Below are positions 1-8,446 of a DNA stretch of 18,669 nt, in pieces. The stretch is from Candidatus Dadabacteria bacterium. Lineage in GTDB: Bacteria > Desulfobacterota_D > UBA1144 > Nemesobacterales > CSP1-2. The translations under genes were made by a program, and so were the position numbers. Below the pieces are notes generated by a model, which saw only the letters and a program-made list of their open reading frames with translations, was not told the DNA's origin and did no database searches. Position 1 is the stretch's first letter, and each line of letters starts with the position of its first letter. Location: positions 1-18,669 of the forward strand of contig PSLL01000042.1 of assembly GCA_040289575.1 (NCBI GenBank). The letters run 5' to 3'.

Positions 1-6
1 TAGCTT

Positions 7-480
7 TCATTCTAAAAACGACCTCAGCATCCATGCCATCTTTTCGTGCTTCTCCATCAATCCTATAAGGAAGTCATTCGTCCCCATGTCCTTATACTTA
101 TCAGCACATATCTCAAGATCAATCCGCAAATGCCGAATAATTGCCTCGTGATCACTTAAAAGGCTGGCGATCATCTCCCGCTCATTTAGATATTGACCCG
201 GCTGCTCTTTGAGCCTCGTGTGCCTTAAAAATTCCGAAAGTGTTCCAAGTGATTGCCCACCTAGAGAACGAACACGCTCTGCCACCTCATCTACTATCTC
301 ATCAAGCTCTTTATATTGCTCCTCAAAAAACTCGTGTAAACTATGAAACTGAGGTCCAACAACATTCCAGTGATAGTTTCTTGTTTTTGTATATAGCACA
401 TATTCATCCGAAAGCAAGACATTGAGGATTAGCACAACTCCTCCGCGTTGCTCTTCCGAAAGATCTATATTCGGTTCCAT
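7..480 (-). CDS. dps: Dps family DNA starvation/stationary-phase protection protein (mini-ferritin)
   Basis: 157 aa. Dps signature HWNVVGPQFHSLHEFFEEQY...DEVAER and C-terminal EKHEKMAWMLRS. SD AAGGAGGT just upstream of the ATG. Confidence 0.95.
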   Translation of the reverse strand: MEPNIDLSEEQRGGVVLILNVLLSDEYVLYTKTRNYHWNVVGPQFHSLHEFFEEQYKELDEIVDEVAERVRSLGGQSLGTLSEFLRHTRLKEQPGQYLNEREMIASLLSDHEAIIRHLRIDLEICADKYKDMGTNDFLIGLMEKHEKMAWMLRSFLE

Positions 481-644
481 ATTGGTACCTCCTTATATAA
501 GGACTTCTCACAAATACTATATATTATTACACACAACGAAACAATATAAATCTTTTGTAGTAGCCACAACAATAAGAAGGAGGTATACTAATACACCAAA
601 TTCAGGAGGGAAGAGTATCCATAATATAAGTTGGAGAAAACAAC

Positions 645-1472
645 ATGCCGAGTTTATTTGACCTCATCTGGTTGTTCTTTATCATTGCTTCTCTTCAGCC
701 AATCATTCAAAAAAGGTTACTCGATGCAACCAGACAGCGGTTAATCTCAAAGATTGAACGTAAAAGAAAATCCCGGATCATTCTCTTGGTACATCGGCAA
801 GAGACAATGGGATTCCTGGGTTTCCCTATATTTCGGTATATAGACATTCAAGATTCTGAAGAGGTTATACGGGCTATCAATATGACTGATCCTGAAATAC
901 CTATAGATCTTATATTACACACGCCAGGGGGGCTTGTTATTGCGTCATTACAAATAGCACGGGCAATTAAAAAACATAAAGGGAAAGTAACGGCCTTTGT
1001 TCCCCATTATGCCATGTCCGGGGGAACCCTTATTGCTCTAGCTGCAGATGAAATAGTAATGAGTCCACATGCAGTGCTAGGTCCAGTAGACCCACAACTG
1101 GGTGAATATCCTGCAGCATCACTTGTGAAATTAGTTACAGAAAAACCAATCGATAAAATAGATGACAAGACATTGATTCTCGCAGATATGGCCAATAAGG
1201 CATTGAAACAGCTATATGAAAGCCTCAGGGAGCTACTCGCGGATAGATATCCAGCAGACAAGGTTGACGAGCTTGCACGTATCCTCTCTCAAGGGACATG
1301 GACACACGACTATCCCATAACATTTGAAAAGGGTAAAGAGCTAGGGCTTCATGTAAGTTCAGAAATGCCGCTTGAGTTTTTAGAACTTATGAGTTTATAC
1401 CCACAACCAATAAAACGGCAACCAACAGTCGAGTATATTCCAATCCCACGACATAGAGAAGAACAAAATTAA
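645..1472 (+). CDS. SDH-family ClpP-class serine protease (DUF114-like) with N-terminal membrane anchor
   Basis: 275 aa. Hydrophobic N-terminus, LILHTPGG, nucleophile motif YAMSGGTLIALAADEI, LGPVDPQ and WTHDYP. SD GGAG at about 633-636. Confidence 0.88.
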   Translation: MPSLFDLIWLFFIIASLQPIIQKRLLDATRQRLISKIERKRKSRIILLVHRQETMGFLGFPIFRYIDIQDSEEVIRAINMTDPEIPIDLILHTPGGLVIASLQIARAIKKHKGKVTAFVPHYAMSGGTLIALAADEIVMSPHAVLGPVDPQLGEYPAASLVKLVTEKPIDKIDDKTLILADMANKALKQLYESLRELLADRYPADKVDELARILSQGTWTHDYPITFEKGKELGLHVSSEMPLEFLELMSLYPQPIKRQPTVEYIPIPRHREEQN

Positions 1473-1477
1473 GGGCG

Positions 1478-1516
1478 AAAAAATTGAGAATCCCCCAATA
1501 GGAGTAAAAGGACTCT
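1478..1516 (-). terminator. Possible intrinsic terminator downstream of hsp20
   Basis: Minus-strand RNA AGAGUCCUU-N12-GGGGAUUCU (9 bp including 3 G-U pairs) followed by CAAUUUUUU. Lies between convergent genes. Confidence 0.3.
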
Positions 1517-1603
1517 GATTCCCGATAAAAACCGAGAACCAAAATCCCCTGATCTATCGTTAGATAATTTAATTAGTACAAGACAACGCCCTAGTCTACA
1601 GGC

Positions 1604-2074
1604 TTAACTGACTTTTATCTGTTTTGGTCTTACTTCTTCCTTCTTTGGAATTACTATCTGAAGAACCCCCTCTTTATATGTCGCCTTGATCTTATCAACA
1701 TCTGCGTTGCTTGGAATCACGAAGCTACGTAAAAACGCCCCGTATTGGCGCTCTGATCTTATACAATTATCTTTTGATAAATCCTCACGCTTCCTTTGCC
1801 CCTTTATTACAAGGATATTTTCATTCAACTCAATTTGGAAATCCCCTTTATTTATCCCTGGAAGGTCTGAACTCAATACAAAACTGTCATCAGTCTCGTA
1901 GATATCCACAGCTGGTATCCAGGTTTTGCCTTCGAACTCATATATATTCGGATAAATTGCCTGCACTGCTTCATTAAATAACCCACTTATCATCCCTTCT
2001 TGGGGCAAACTGAAATTCATAAAAGGAGCCCATCTCCTTAATCCTTTCCTTCCACTCCTCTTCCTCCTTATCAT
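1604..2074 (-). CDS. Hsp20/alpha-crystallin small heat-shock protein
   Basis: PAVDIYET, DLPGI, ERQYGAFLRSF, ATYKEGVLQIVIPK, C-terminal IKV (IxI/V) motif and RWAPF (WDPF-like). Start moved from 2092 to the ATG at 2074 because GGGGAGGTGG (2081-2090) is an ideal SD. 156 aa. Confidence 0.93.
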   Translation of the reverse strand: MIRRKRSGRKGLRRWAPFMNFSLPQEGMISGLFNEAVQAIYPNIYEFEGKTWIPAVDIYETDDSFVLSSDLPGINKGDFQIELNENILVIKGQRKREDLSKDNCIRSERQYGAFLRSFVIPSNADVDKIKATYKEGVLQIVIPKKEEVRPKQIKVS

Positions 2075-2173
2075 CTTTATCCACCTCCCCAACTATTCTT
2101 ATTACTTTTCCAGTAAAAAAATAATCATCATCTAGAATGAATCAAGATGAATTCTATGGTAGTTTAAAGGGAG

Positions 2174-3055
2174 ATGCTCAAATATAAGAAGCTCACTCTT
2201 AAGGTACCAGAAGAAGCAAAATCACTTGTCTCAGATTTCCTTCTAGGGCTTGAAGATGTCACAGGTACAGCCGAAGATATAATTGAGGGGGAAGGGTTCG
2301 AAGTCTCCGCCTATTTTCCCTTAAAAACAGACTTGAGTCCGACTATAAAAAGCCTGAGGAATTATCTCAAATTTTTAGAAAAGAATCTGCCCGGATTTCA
2401 TTCGGGAAGCATCAAGGTCGAAGGGATAGACCTCTCTAGCTGGGTATTGTGGAAACGGGAGTTAAAGATTGTAAAGGCGAGCAGAAGAGTCATTATAAGA
2501 CCACCATGGGAAGAATACTCACCTAAAGAGGATGAATTGGTAATTGAGATTAACCCATCAATGGCATTTGGCACCGGGCATCATGAGACAACGAGGCTCT
2601 GCATACGGGCAATGGAGGAAATTTTTGAGAAAGTCAATGTCAAGAGCGTCCTTGATGTAGGCTGTGGGAGCGGAATCCTATCCATTGTCGCTGTAAAACT
2701 CGGAGTAGATAAGGCCGTTGGATTGGATATAGACCCTGTGGCAGTCATGGAAGCAAAGAAGAATTCAGAAAGGAATTCAGTCTCTGACAAGATTAAACTC
2801 ATCTGTGGCTACATAGAGGCTGTAAAGGGAAGGTTTGATTTAATAGTCGCCAATATATCGGTTGAGACAATAATACTTATGAGGGATGAACTCAGGTTAA
2901 GACTAAATGGCAACCTCTTAGTCTCTGGAATTCCAATTTCAAGAAGGGATGAGGTCGTTTCAGGGCTTGAAAAAGACGGATTTATACTTGAGAGGGAACT
3001 GAGAGAAGGGGATTGGGTGGCAATCGTATTTAGCGTTGATAAAAATTCTATCTAA
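2174..3055 (+). CDS. prmA: Ribosomal protein L11 methyltransferase
   Basis: 293 aa. IRPPWE, INPSMAFGTGHHETT, SAM-binding VLDVGCGSGILSI, DIDP, DLIVANI and VSGI. Confidence 0.93.
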   Translation: MLKYKKLTLKVPEEAKSLVSDFLLGLEDVTGTAEDIIEGEGFEVSAYFPLKTDLSPTIKSLRNYLKFLEKNLPGFHSGSIKVEGIDLSSWVLWKRELKIVKASRRVIIRPPWEEYSPKEDELVIEINPSMAFGTGHHETTRLCIRAMEEIFEKVNVKSVLDVGCGSGILSIVAVKLGVDKAVGLDIDPVAVMEAKKNSERNSVSDKIKLICGYIEAVKGRFDLIVANISVETIILMRDELRLRLNGNLLVSGIPISRRDEVVSGLEKDGFILERELREGDWVAIVFSVDKNSI

Positions 3056-3084
3056 AGTAAAATTTGTAGAGTGAACTGGAAGCC

Positions 3085-3142
3085 GTCATTGCGAGCGATA
3101 GCGAAGCAATCTAAAATGGGATAGTTTGTCCCTCGCAATGAC
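3085..3142. repeat. REP/RPE-like short palindromic element (GTCATTGCGAG...CTCGCAATGAC type)
   Basis: Perfect 11-bp inverted repeat GTCATTGCGAG (3085-3095) / CTCGCAATGAC (3132-3142) enclosing CGAAGCAATC and a degenerate partner GATAGTTTG. Confidence 0.75.
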
Positions 3143-3187
3143 AATTTGAATATGCTAATCTTCATTAGAATAAGGAGGCGAAAAATT

Positions 3188-4225
3188 ATGTCCTCTTTTA
3201 AAACAATCGAATGGAAAGATGATAGGGTTATAATGATAGATCAAAGAAAACTACCTATTGAAGAGATATATGTTGAGTGCCTGAGTTTTAAGGATGTAGC
3301 ATGGGCGATAAAAGAGATGGTTATCCGTGGTGCTCCGGCAATAGGCATTGCTGCAGCAATGGGTATTGCTCTAGGATCAGTTAAAAGTAAGAAGAGGGAT
3401 AGAATTGAGTTCCTTGCCGAGATTAAGGAGATTGCTACGGTGATTTCAGGTACAAGACCGACTGCGGCAAACCTATTTTGGGCTGTAAAAAGAATGATGA
3501 ATCTCGTGGATGAAAACAAGGATAAAAATATTGACCTGATTAAGGAAAGATTGGTTGAAGAAGCAAAGAAGATATATGAAGAAGACATTGAGATTTGTAA
3601 AAGAATAGGAAAAGTGGGATCCGAATTGATAAAAGACGGAAGCACAATCCTCACCCACTGCAACGCGGGTGCCCTTGCTACCGCCGGTTATGGAACTGCA
3701 CTTGGAGTCATTAGAGCAGCCTTTGAGGACGGGAAAAAGGTAAAGGTCATTGCCACCGAAACAAGGCCACTTTTACAGGGCGCAAGGCTGACTGCATGGG
3801 AATTGGATAAGGACGGGATACCTGTTACGCTAATTACAGACAATATGGCCGGATATGTTATGGGCAAAGGTATGGTAGATGTCGTAGTCGTGGGAGCAGA
3901 CAGAATCGCTCTAAATGGAGACGTTGCAAATAAAATCGGAACCTACTCGCTCTCTATCCTTGCAAGGTTTCATAAGATTCCATTCTATGTAGCGGCTCCT
4001 ATCTCTACAATTGATTACAACTGTAATTCAGGGGATTTAATCTCGATCGAGAGGCGTGATACCAGAGAAGTAACCCACATTTTAGGAAATAAGATTGCAC
4101 CAGATGTTAATGTATTAAATCCCGCGTTTGATGTCACTCCGAGTGAAAATATAAGCTCTATAATTACTGAAAAAGGAATTGCTAAATCGCCATTTTCTGA
4201 GAGTTTAAGAGCGATGCTTGATTAG
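3188..4225 (+). CDS. mtnA: S-methyl-5-thioribose-1-phosphate isomerase (methionine salvage)
   Basis: DQRKLP, MVIRGAPAIG, RPTAANL, THCNAGALATAGYGTALG, ETRPLLQGARLTAWEL, GADRI...DVANKIGT and NPAFDVTP. Start set at the ATG at 3188 after SD AGGAGG (3173-3178). Confidence 0.95.
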   Translation: MSSFKTIEWKDDRVIMIDQRKLPIEEIYVECLSFKDVAWAIKEMVIRGAPAIGIAAAMGIALGSVKSKKRDRIEFLAEIKEIATVISGTRPTAANLFWAVKRMMNLVDENKDKNIDLIKERLVEEAKKIYEEDIEICKRIGKVGSELIKDGSTILTHCNAGALATAGYGTALGVIRAAFEDGKKVKVIATETRPLLQGARLTAWELDKDGIPVTLITDNMAGYVMGKGMVDVVVVGADRIALNGDVANKIGTYSLSILARFHKIPFYVAAPISTIDYNCNSGDLISIERRDTREVTHILGNKIAPDVNVLNPAFDVTPSENISSIITEKGIAKSPFSESLRAMLD

Positions 4226-4797
4226 ATATTCCTGCTTTCCTGCCTTTCCAAGTCTATCTTGCATGAGAGACAGAGCTTTGCAAGGGGCATAGCTCTAAGC
4301 CGATCCTCGCCTATCTCGTCTCCACAGCTTTCACAAATTCCATAGCTTCCATCATCAATCTTCCTTAAAGCCTCATCTATGAGCCTCAGCTTATCCCTTT
4401 CCCTATCGGTAAGTGTAAGAGATAGCTCCCTATCCCTATCGCTTGAGGCGTGGTCATAAAAATCACCGACGTCAAATCTTAGATAATCCGACTCTGCTTT
4501 AACCGTTTGTGAAACATCCTCTAAAAGTTCTTTTCTCATCTGAAGAAGCATATCCCTCATCTCATCCTTCCAGTTAGACTTGTCCGCCTTCTGAGGCGGC
4601 TCTGTTATCCTGCTTTCTTTTATCTCGGCCTCTGGTTTTTTCACTGACTTCAAAACAATACCTCCTTGCTTCCTGCCAATAGGCTTTTTGGTCTTCTGTG
4701 AAGAAGCCTTTTCCCTAAGCGGTTTATTCTTCTTAGACTTCTTCTCGTCTTGCCGCGTCTTAGTCTTTTTTGTCTTCCCTTTTATTGCTTTCCCCAT
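4222..4797 (-). CDS. dksA: DksA/TraR family C4 zinc-finger RNA polymerase-binding factor with Lys-rich N-terminal extension
   Basis: Coiled-coil tip DFYDHA (DxxDxA), ALRKIDDGSYGICESCGDEIGEDRLRAMPLAKLCLSC (C-x2-C-x17-C-x2-C). Start at the ATG at 4797 with SD GGAGG 7 nt upstream. 191 aa. Confidence 0.85.
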   Translation of the reverse strand: MGKAIKGKTKKTKTRQDEKKSKKNKPLREKASSQKTKKPIGRKQGGIVLKSVKKPEAEIKESRITEPPQKADKSNWKDEMRDMLLQMRKELLEDVSQTVKAESDYLRFDVGDFYDHASSDRDRELSLTLTDRERDKLRLIDEALRKIDDGSYGICESCGDEIGEDRLRAMPLAKLCLSCKIDLERQESRNI

Positions 4798-4825
4798 AAG
4801 CTTTCCTCCTCCCTCGGAGGTTAAT

Positions 4826-4853
4826 ATGATAAGCACATAAAAGAGTTTGTCAA
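4826..4853 (-). promoter_or_regulatory. Putative sigma70 promoter for dksA
   Basis: TTGACA (4853-4848), 16 nt, TATCAT (4831-4826). The -35 box overlaps the cupin stop codon. Confidence 0.55.
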
Positions 4854-5176
4854 GAGCGATAGTGCAATGCGAGCCAGACAGTCTTTTGATTCGCATCCGT
4901 CCATTCAATTCGATGGCGTCTGTGAGCGGGGATGTGGACATAATCACCCGGTTTCATCATGCATACCTCACCATCACCCTCAAATAGGAGACCCGCGCTG
5001 CCGCTCAACATAATGACCCATTCATTATCATCCTGGTCATACCATTTTCCCCGTGGCGTCGCTTGACCTGTTGAGATTATCCGCTTCAGATTAAAACTGT
5101 CTGCCTCTAGAAGGGTTTCAAAGATCTCATCTGGGACAGAATTGGGGATATTTGAGAATATGCTGTTTGGCATCAT
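4850..5176 (-). CDS. Small cupin-domain protein
   Basis: About 108 aa. EWVIMLSGSA and MKPGDYVHIPAHRRHRIEWT match the cupin motif 2 pattern. SD-like GAGGA at about 5185-5189 favours the ATG at 5176 or 5173. Confidence 0.85.
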   Translation of the reverse strand: MMPNSIFSNIPNSVPDEIFETLLEADSFNLKRIISTGQATPRGKWYDQDDNEWVIMLSGSAGLLFEGDGEVCMMKPGDYVHIPAHRRHRIEWTDANQKTVWLALHYRS

Positions 5177-5303
5177 CAAAAGATTCCTCTCACGATTAAT
5201 GTGATCTTAGATGATAAATATAATTTATGTTCTTGCTATCTCTAAGTAGCCTAATGGAATACGTAGAGCACCTCGGGTTGAATTCAAATGGCTTACATTG
5301 GTA

Positions 5304-8300
5304 TTAGAATTTATTTCCTAATCTCCCCTCATTCCATATCGCATATATCGCTGGAATTATAATGAGCGTAAGAATTGTGGATGTCACGAGCCCCCCAATC
5401 ATAGGAGCTGCTATTCGCTTCATTACATCTGCTCCTGCACCGTGGCTCCAGAGAAGGGGGAGTAATCCTAAAATCATTGTCATCACGGTCATCATCTTTG
5501 GTCTTACCCTCTGGACAGCTCCCTCATCAATCGCTTCAGCCAAGTCCTTCCAGTTGTTCATCTTTCCTTCTTTTACTCTCTTTTTATAAGATTCATCAAG
5601 GTAGATTATCATTACCACCCCTGTTTGAGTGGCAAGTCCTGCAAGGGCGATTATCCCCACCCAGACCGCTATACTCATGTTGTAACCGAGAATATACAAG
5701 AGCCAAACACTGCCAACCATTGCAAAAGGAACAGAGAGAATAACAATTAGAGTTTCTGTGATGCTACCAAAGTTGAAATAAAGCAGGACAAATATTATAA
5801 GGAGCGTAACAGGAATCACGAATTTTAATTTCTCCTCAACTCTTAGCATAAATTCATATTGACCACTCCAGGAAATATAGTATCCAGGAGGAAGCTTTAC
5901 CTTCTCTGATACAACACGCTTTGCTTCTCTAACATAGCTCCCAATATCCCTTCCACCCGTGTCTATAAAAACATAAGCCGCTTTAGAGCCGTTTTCATTC
6001 CTTATTTCAGAAGGTCCCATTCGCATGCGAATCTGGGCCACTTGCTCAATCGGAATCTGTACTCCCACAGGAGTAGATATAAGTACCCTCTGGAGTTTGC
6101 TTATATCATCACGGAGTTCTCTTGCGTATCTTACATTTACAGGATACCTCTCAGGTCCCTCGACTGTCTGTGTTATATTCTCTCCGCCGATTGCCGAGAG
6201 GACTATGTCCTCCACATCACCGACAGTAAGTCCATAACGGGCAGCCTCTTTCCGGTTGATATAGAAATCAAGATAATATCCAGTAGTTACCCTTTCCGCA
6301 TAAACGCTTCTTGTTCCGGGAACATCCTTAACAACGGCTTCAATTTCCTTTCCTATTTCCTCAATCTTACTTAAATCCTTTCCAAAAATCTTTACACCCA
6401 CAGGGGTTCTAATTCCGATTATCAACATATCGGTTCTATTTTTTATAGGCATAGTCCATATATTAGTGACCCCGGGGAAGCGCAGAACTTGATCCAACTC
6501 ACCTATAAGCCTTTCCCAAGTCATTCCCTTTCTCCACTCGCTTTCTGGCTTTAGTGTTATAGTAGTCTCAAACATGGAAATAGGTGCAGGGTCGGTTGGC
6601 GTCTCGGCTCTTCCTATCTTTCCAAAAACGGTTTCAACCTCGGGGAACTGTTTTATTATCTTATCTCGAATCTGAAGAATCTTCGACACCTCGGTAATTG
6701 AAATCCCAGGCTGGGTTATAGGCATATCCATCAGGCTTCCTTCATTGAAGGGGGGCATAAACTCAGAACCCAGTTTAAAAAAGAATGGGATTGTAACTAC
6801 TAAGATAATAAAGGCTAGGGCAACGGTTACCCTTCTCCACTTTATTATAAACCTGACCATTGGCCCATAAACCCGGATTAAAAAGAGGCTTATGGGATTC
6901 CTCTTCTCAGGAGTGATTTTTCCTCTAATAAGAATTGTTATCAAAGCGGGGGTAAAGGTTATAGAAAGAAGGGCGGCGAAGAACATCCCGAAGGTCTTTG
7001 TGTATGCAAGGGGTTTAAATAGTCTTCCCTCTTGAGCCTCTAAGGTAAATACAGGAATGAATGAAACCACTATAACAAGGAGTGCAAAGAATATGGGTTT
7101 CCCAACCTCCTTTGAGGCATCTATCACCACTTTTAATCTGTCCCCTATTCTTCCTCTATCTTCCCAGTGTTCAAGCCTCTTATGGACGTTCTCTACAAGT
7201 ACTATAGCAGCATCAACCATCGCTCCTATGGCAATGGCTATACCACCGAGAGACATTATGTTGGATGTGATTTTCATATAATACATAGGGATAAATGAAA
7301 AAAGTATTGCAAAAGGTAGGGTAAAAATAATCACCAGTGCCGACCTAAAATGGAAGAGAAAAAGGATACATACAAGGCTTACAATGATACTCTCCTCAAC
7401 CAGAGTGTGGGTAAGCGTTCTTATGGATTTCAAAATTAAATTTGACCTGTCGTAGGTGATGACAAGTTTTACTCCTTTTGGAAAAGCAGGTTCCACTTCT
7501 TTTAATTTTTCTTTTACCCCATTTATGATATTAAGTGCGTTTTCCCCATATCTCATAACAACGACTCCACCTACAGTCTCTCCTTCACCATTAAGCTCAG
7601 CAATCCCACGCCGAATATCGGGTCCAAGACGAACATCAGCAATATCTTTTATAAGAACTGGTGTTCCCGTTCCTTTTCCATCTACCGATACGGCGATATT
7701 CCTTATATCATCGAGCGATTTTATATATCCTATTCCTCTAACTATATATTCCCTCTCAGTAGCTTCTACTACCTTTCCTCCTACATCATTGTTGCTCATC
7801 CTAATTGCGTTAATAACAGTCTTTAAAGGTACATTATAAGCAAGGAGTTTGTTAGGATCTACATTTACCTGATACTGTTTTACAAACCCTCCCAAACTCG
7901 CAACCTCTGCAACCCCGGGCACACTCCGAAGCCAGTATCTTAAATACCAGTCGTTAAATGAGCGAAGCTCGGCAAGATTATGTCTTCCCGTTTCATCCAC
8001 CAGGGCATATTGAAAGACCCACCCAACACCAGTAGCATCAGGACCAATTATGGGAGTAACCCCTTCGGGGAGTCTTCCCTGAATCCCACTCATATATTCA
8101 AGCACACGACTTCTTGCCCAATAAAGATCGGTTCCATCCTCAAAGAGAACATAAACAAAGGAGAAACCGAACATAGATTGCCCTCTTACAGCCTTCACTT
8201 CAGGGGCCGAAAGGAGAGTCGAAACTATAGGATAGGTAATCTGATCCTCTACTAAATCCGGACTTCTTCCAGGCCACTCCGCAAAAACTATCACCTGAAC

Positions 8301-8432
8301 GTCTGATAGGTCTGGTATTGCATCGAGCGGCACGCGTTTTAAAGCCCAGAGACCCCAGACCGTAAGAAAACCAACTATAAGAAAAACGATGAATCTGTTT
8401 CTGGAGAAATATTCAATTGTCTTCTCTATCAT
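5304..8432 (-). CDS. cusA: CusA/SilA family heavy-metal (Cu+/Ag+) RND efflux permease
   Basis: 1042 aa. LDAIPDLSDVQVI, GPDATGVGW, TM4 GAMVDAAIVLVEN and RVRPKMMT. Met residues sit at positions matching the E. coli CusA periplasmic Met triad (LMDMP, PISMFET, NRTDML). Confidence 0.93.
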   Translation of the reverse strand: MIEKTIEYFSRNRFIVFLIVGFLTVWGLWALKRVPLDAIPDLSDVQVIVFAEWPGRSPDLVEDQITYPIVSTLLSAPEVKAVRGQSMFGFSFVYVLFEDGTDLYWARSRVLEYMSGIQGRLPEGVTPIIGPDATGVGWVFQYALVDETGRHNLAELRSFNDWYLRYWLRSVPGVAEVASLGGFVKQYQVNVDPNKLLAYNVPLKTVINAIRMSNNDVGGKVVEATEREYIVRGIGYIKSLDDIRNIAVSVDGKGTGTPVLIKDIADVRLGPDIRRGIAELNGEGETVGGVVVMRYGENALNIINGVKEKLKEVEPAFPKGVKLVITYDRSNLILKSIRTLTHTLVEESIIVSLVCILFLFHFRSALVIIFTLPFAILFSFIPMYYMKITSNIMSLGGIAIAIGAMVDAAIVLVENVHKRLEHWEDRGRIGDRLKVVIDASKEVGKPIFFALLVIVVSFIPVFTLEAQEGRLFKPLAYTKTFGMFFAALLSITFTPALITILIRGKITPEKRNPISLFLIRVYGPMVRFIIKWRRVTVALAFIILVVTIPFFFKLGSEFMPPFNEGSLMDMPITQPGISITEVSKILQIRDKIIKQFPEVETVFGKIGRAETPTDPAPISMFETTITLKPESEWRKGMTWERLIGELDQVLRFPGVTNIWTMPIKNRTDMLIIGIRTPVGVKIFGKDLSKIEEIGKEIEAVVKDVPGTRSVYAERVTTGYYLDFYINRKEAARYGLTVGDVEDIVLSAIGGENITQTVEGPERYPVNVRYARELRDDISKLQRVLISTPVGVQIPIEQVAQIRMRMGPSEIRNENGSKAAYVFIDTGGRDIGSYVREAKRVVSEKVKLPPGYYISWSGQYEFMLRVEEKLKFVIPVTLLIIFVLLYFNFGSITETLIVILSVPFAMVGSVWLLYILGYNMSIAVWVGIIALAGLATQTGVVMIIYLDESYKKRVKEGKMNNWKDLAEAIDEGAVQRVRPKMMTVMTMILGLLPLLWSHGAGADVMKRIAAPMIGGLVTSTILTLIIIPAIYAIWNEGRLGNKF

Positions 8433-8446
8433 CTTTTCTTACCTCT

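Noticed and set aside
2075..2173. Heat-shock operator (CIRCE or HAIR) upstream of hsp20
   Set aside because: No TTAGCACTC-N9-GAGTGCTAA or CTTGAGT-N7-ACTCAAG. Only 5-6 bp inverted repeats in AT-rich DNA.
3146..3187. Upstream TTG start for mtnA
   Set aside because: The segment contains the SD (AGGAGG) for the ATG at 3188, and MtnA similarity begins after it.
4798..4947. 50-codon N-terminal extension of the dksA ORF in the ORF track
   Set aside because: It overlaps the cupin gene in another frame. A strong SD and a promoter point to the ATG at 4797.
3188..5176. mtnA plus cupin (and the HAD gene) as a methionine-salvage operon
   Set aside because: Opposite strands and separated. The cupin lacks acireductone dioxygenase His ligands and the HAD looks beta-PGM-like rather than MtnC-like.
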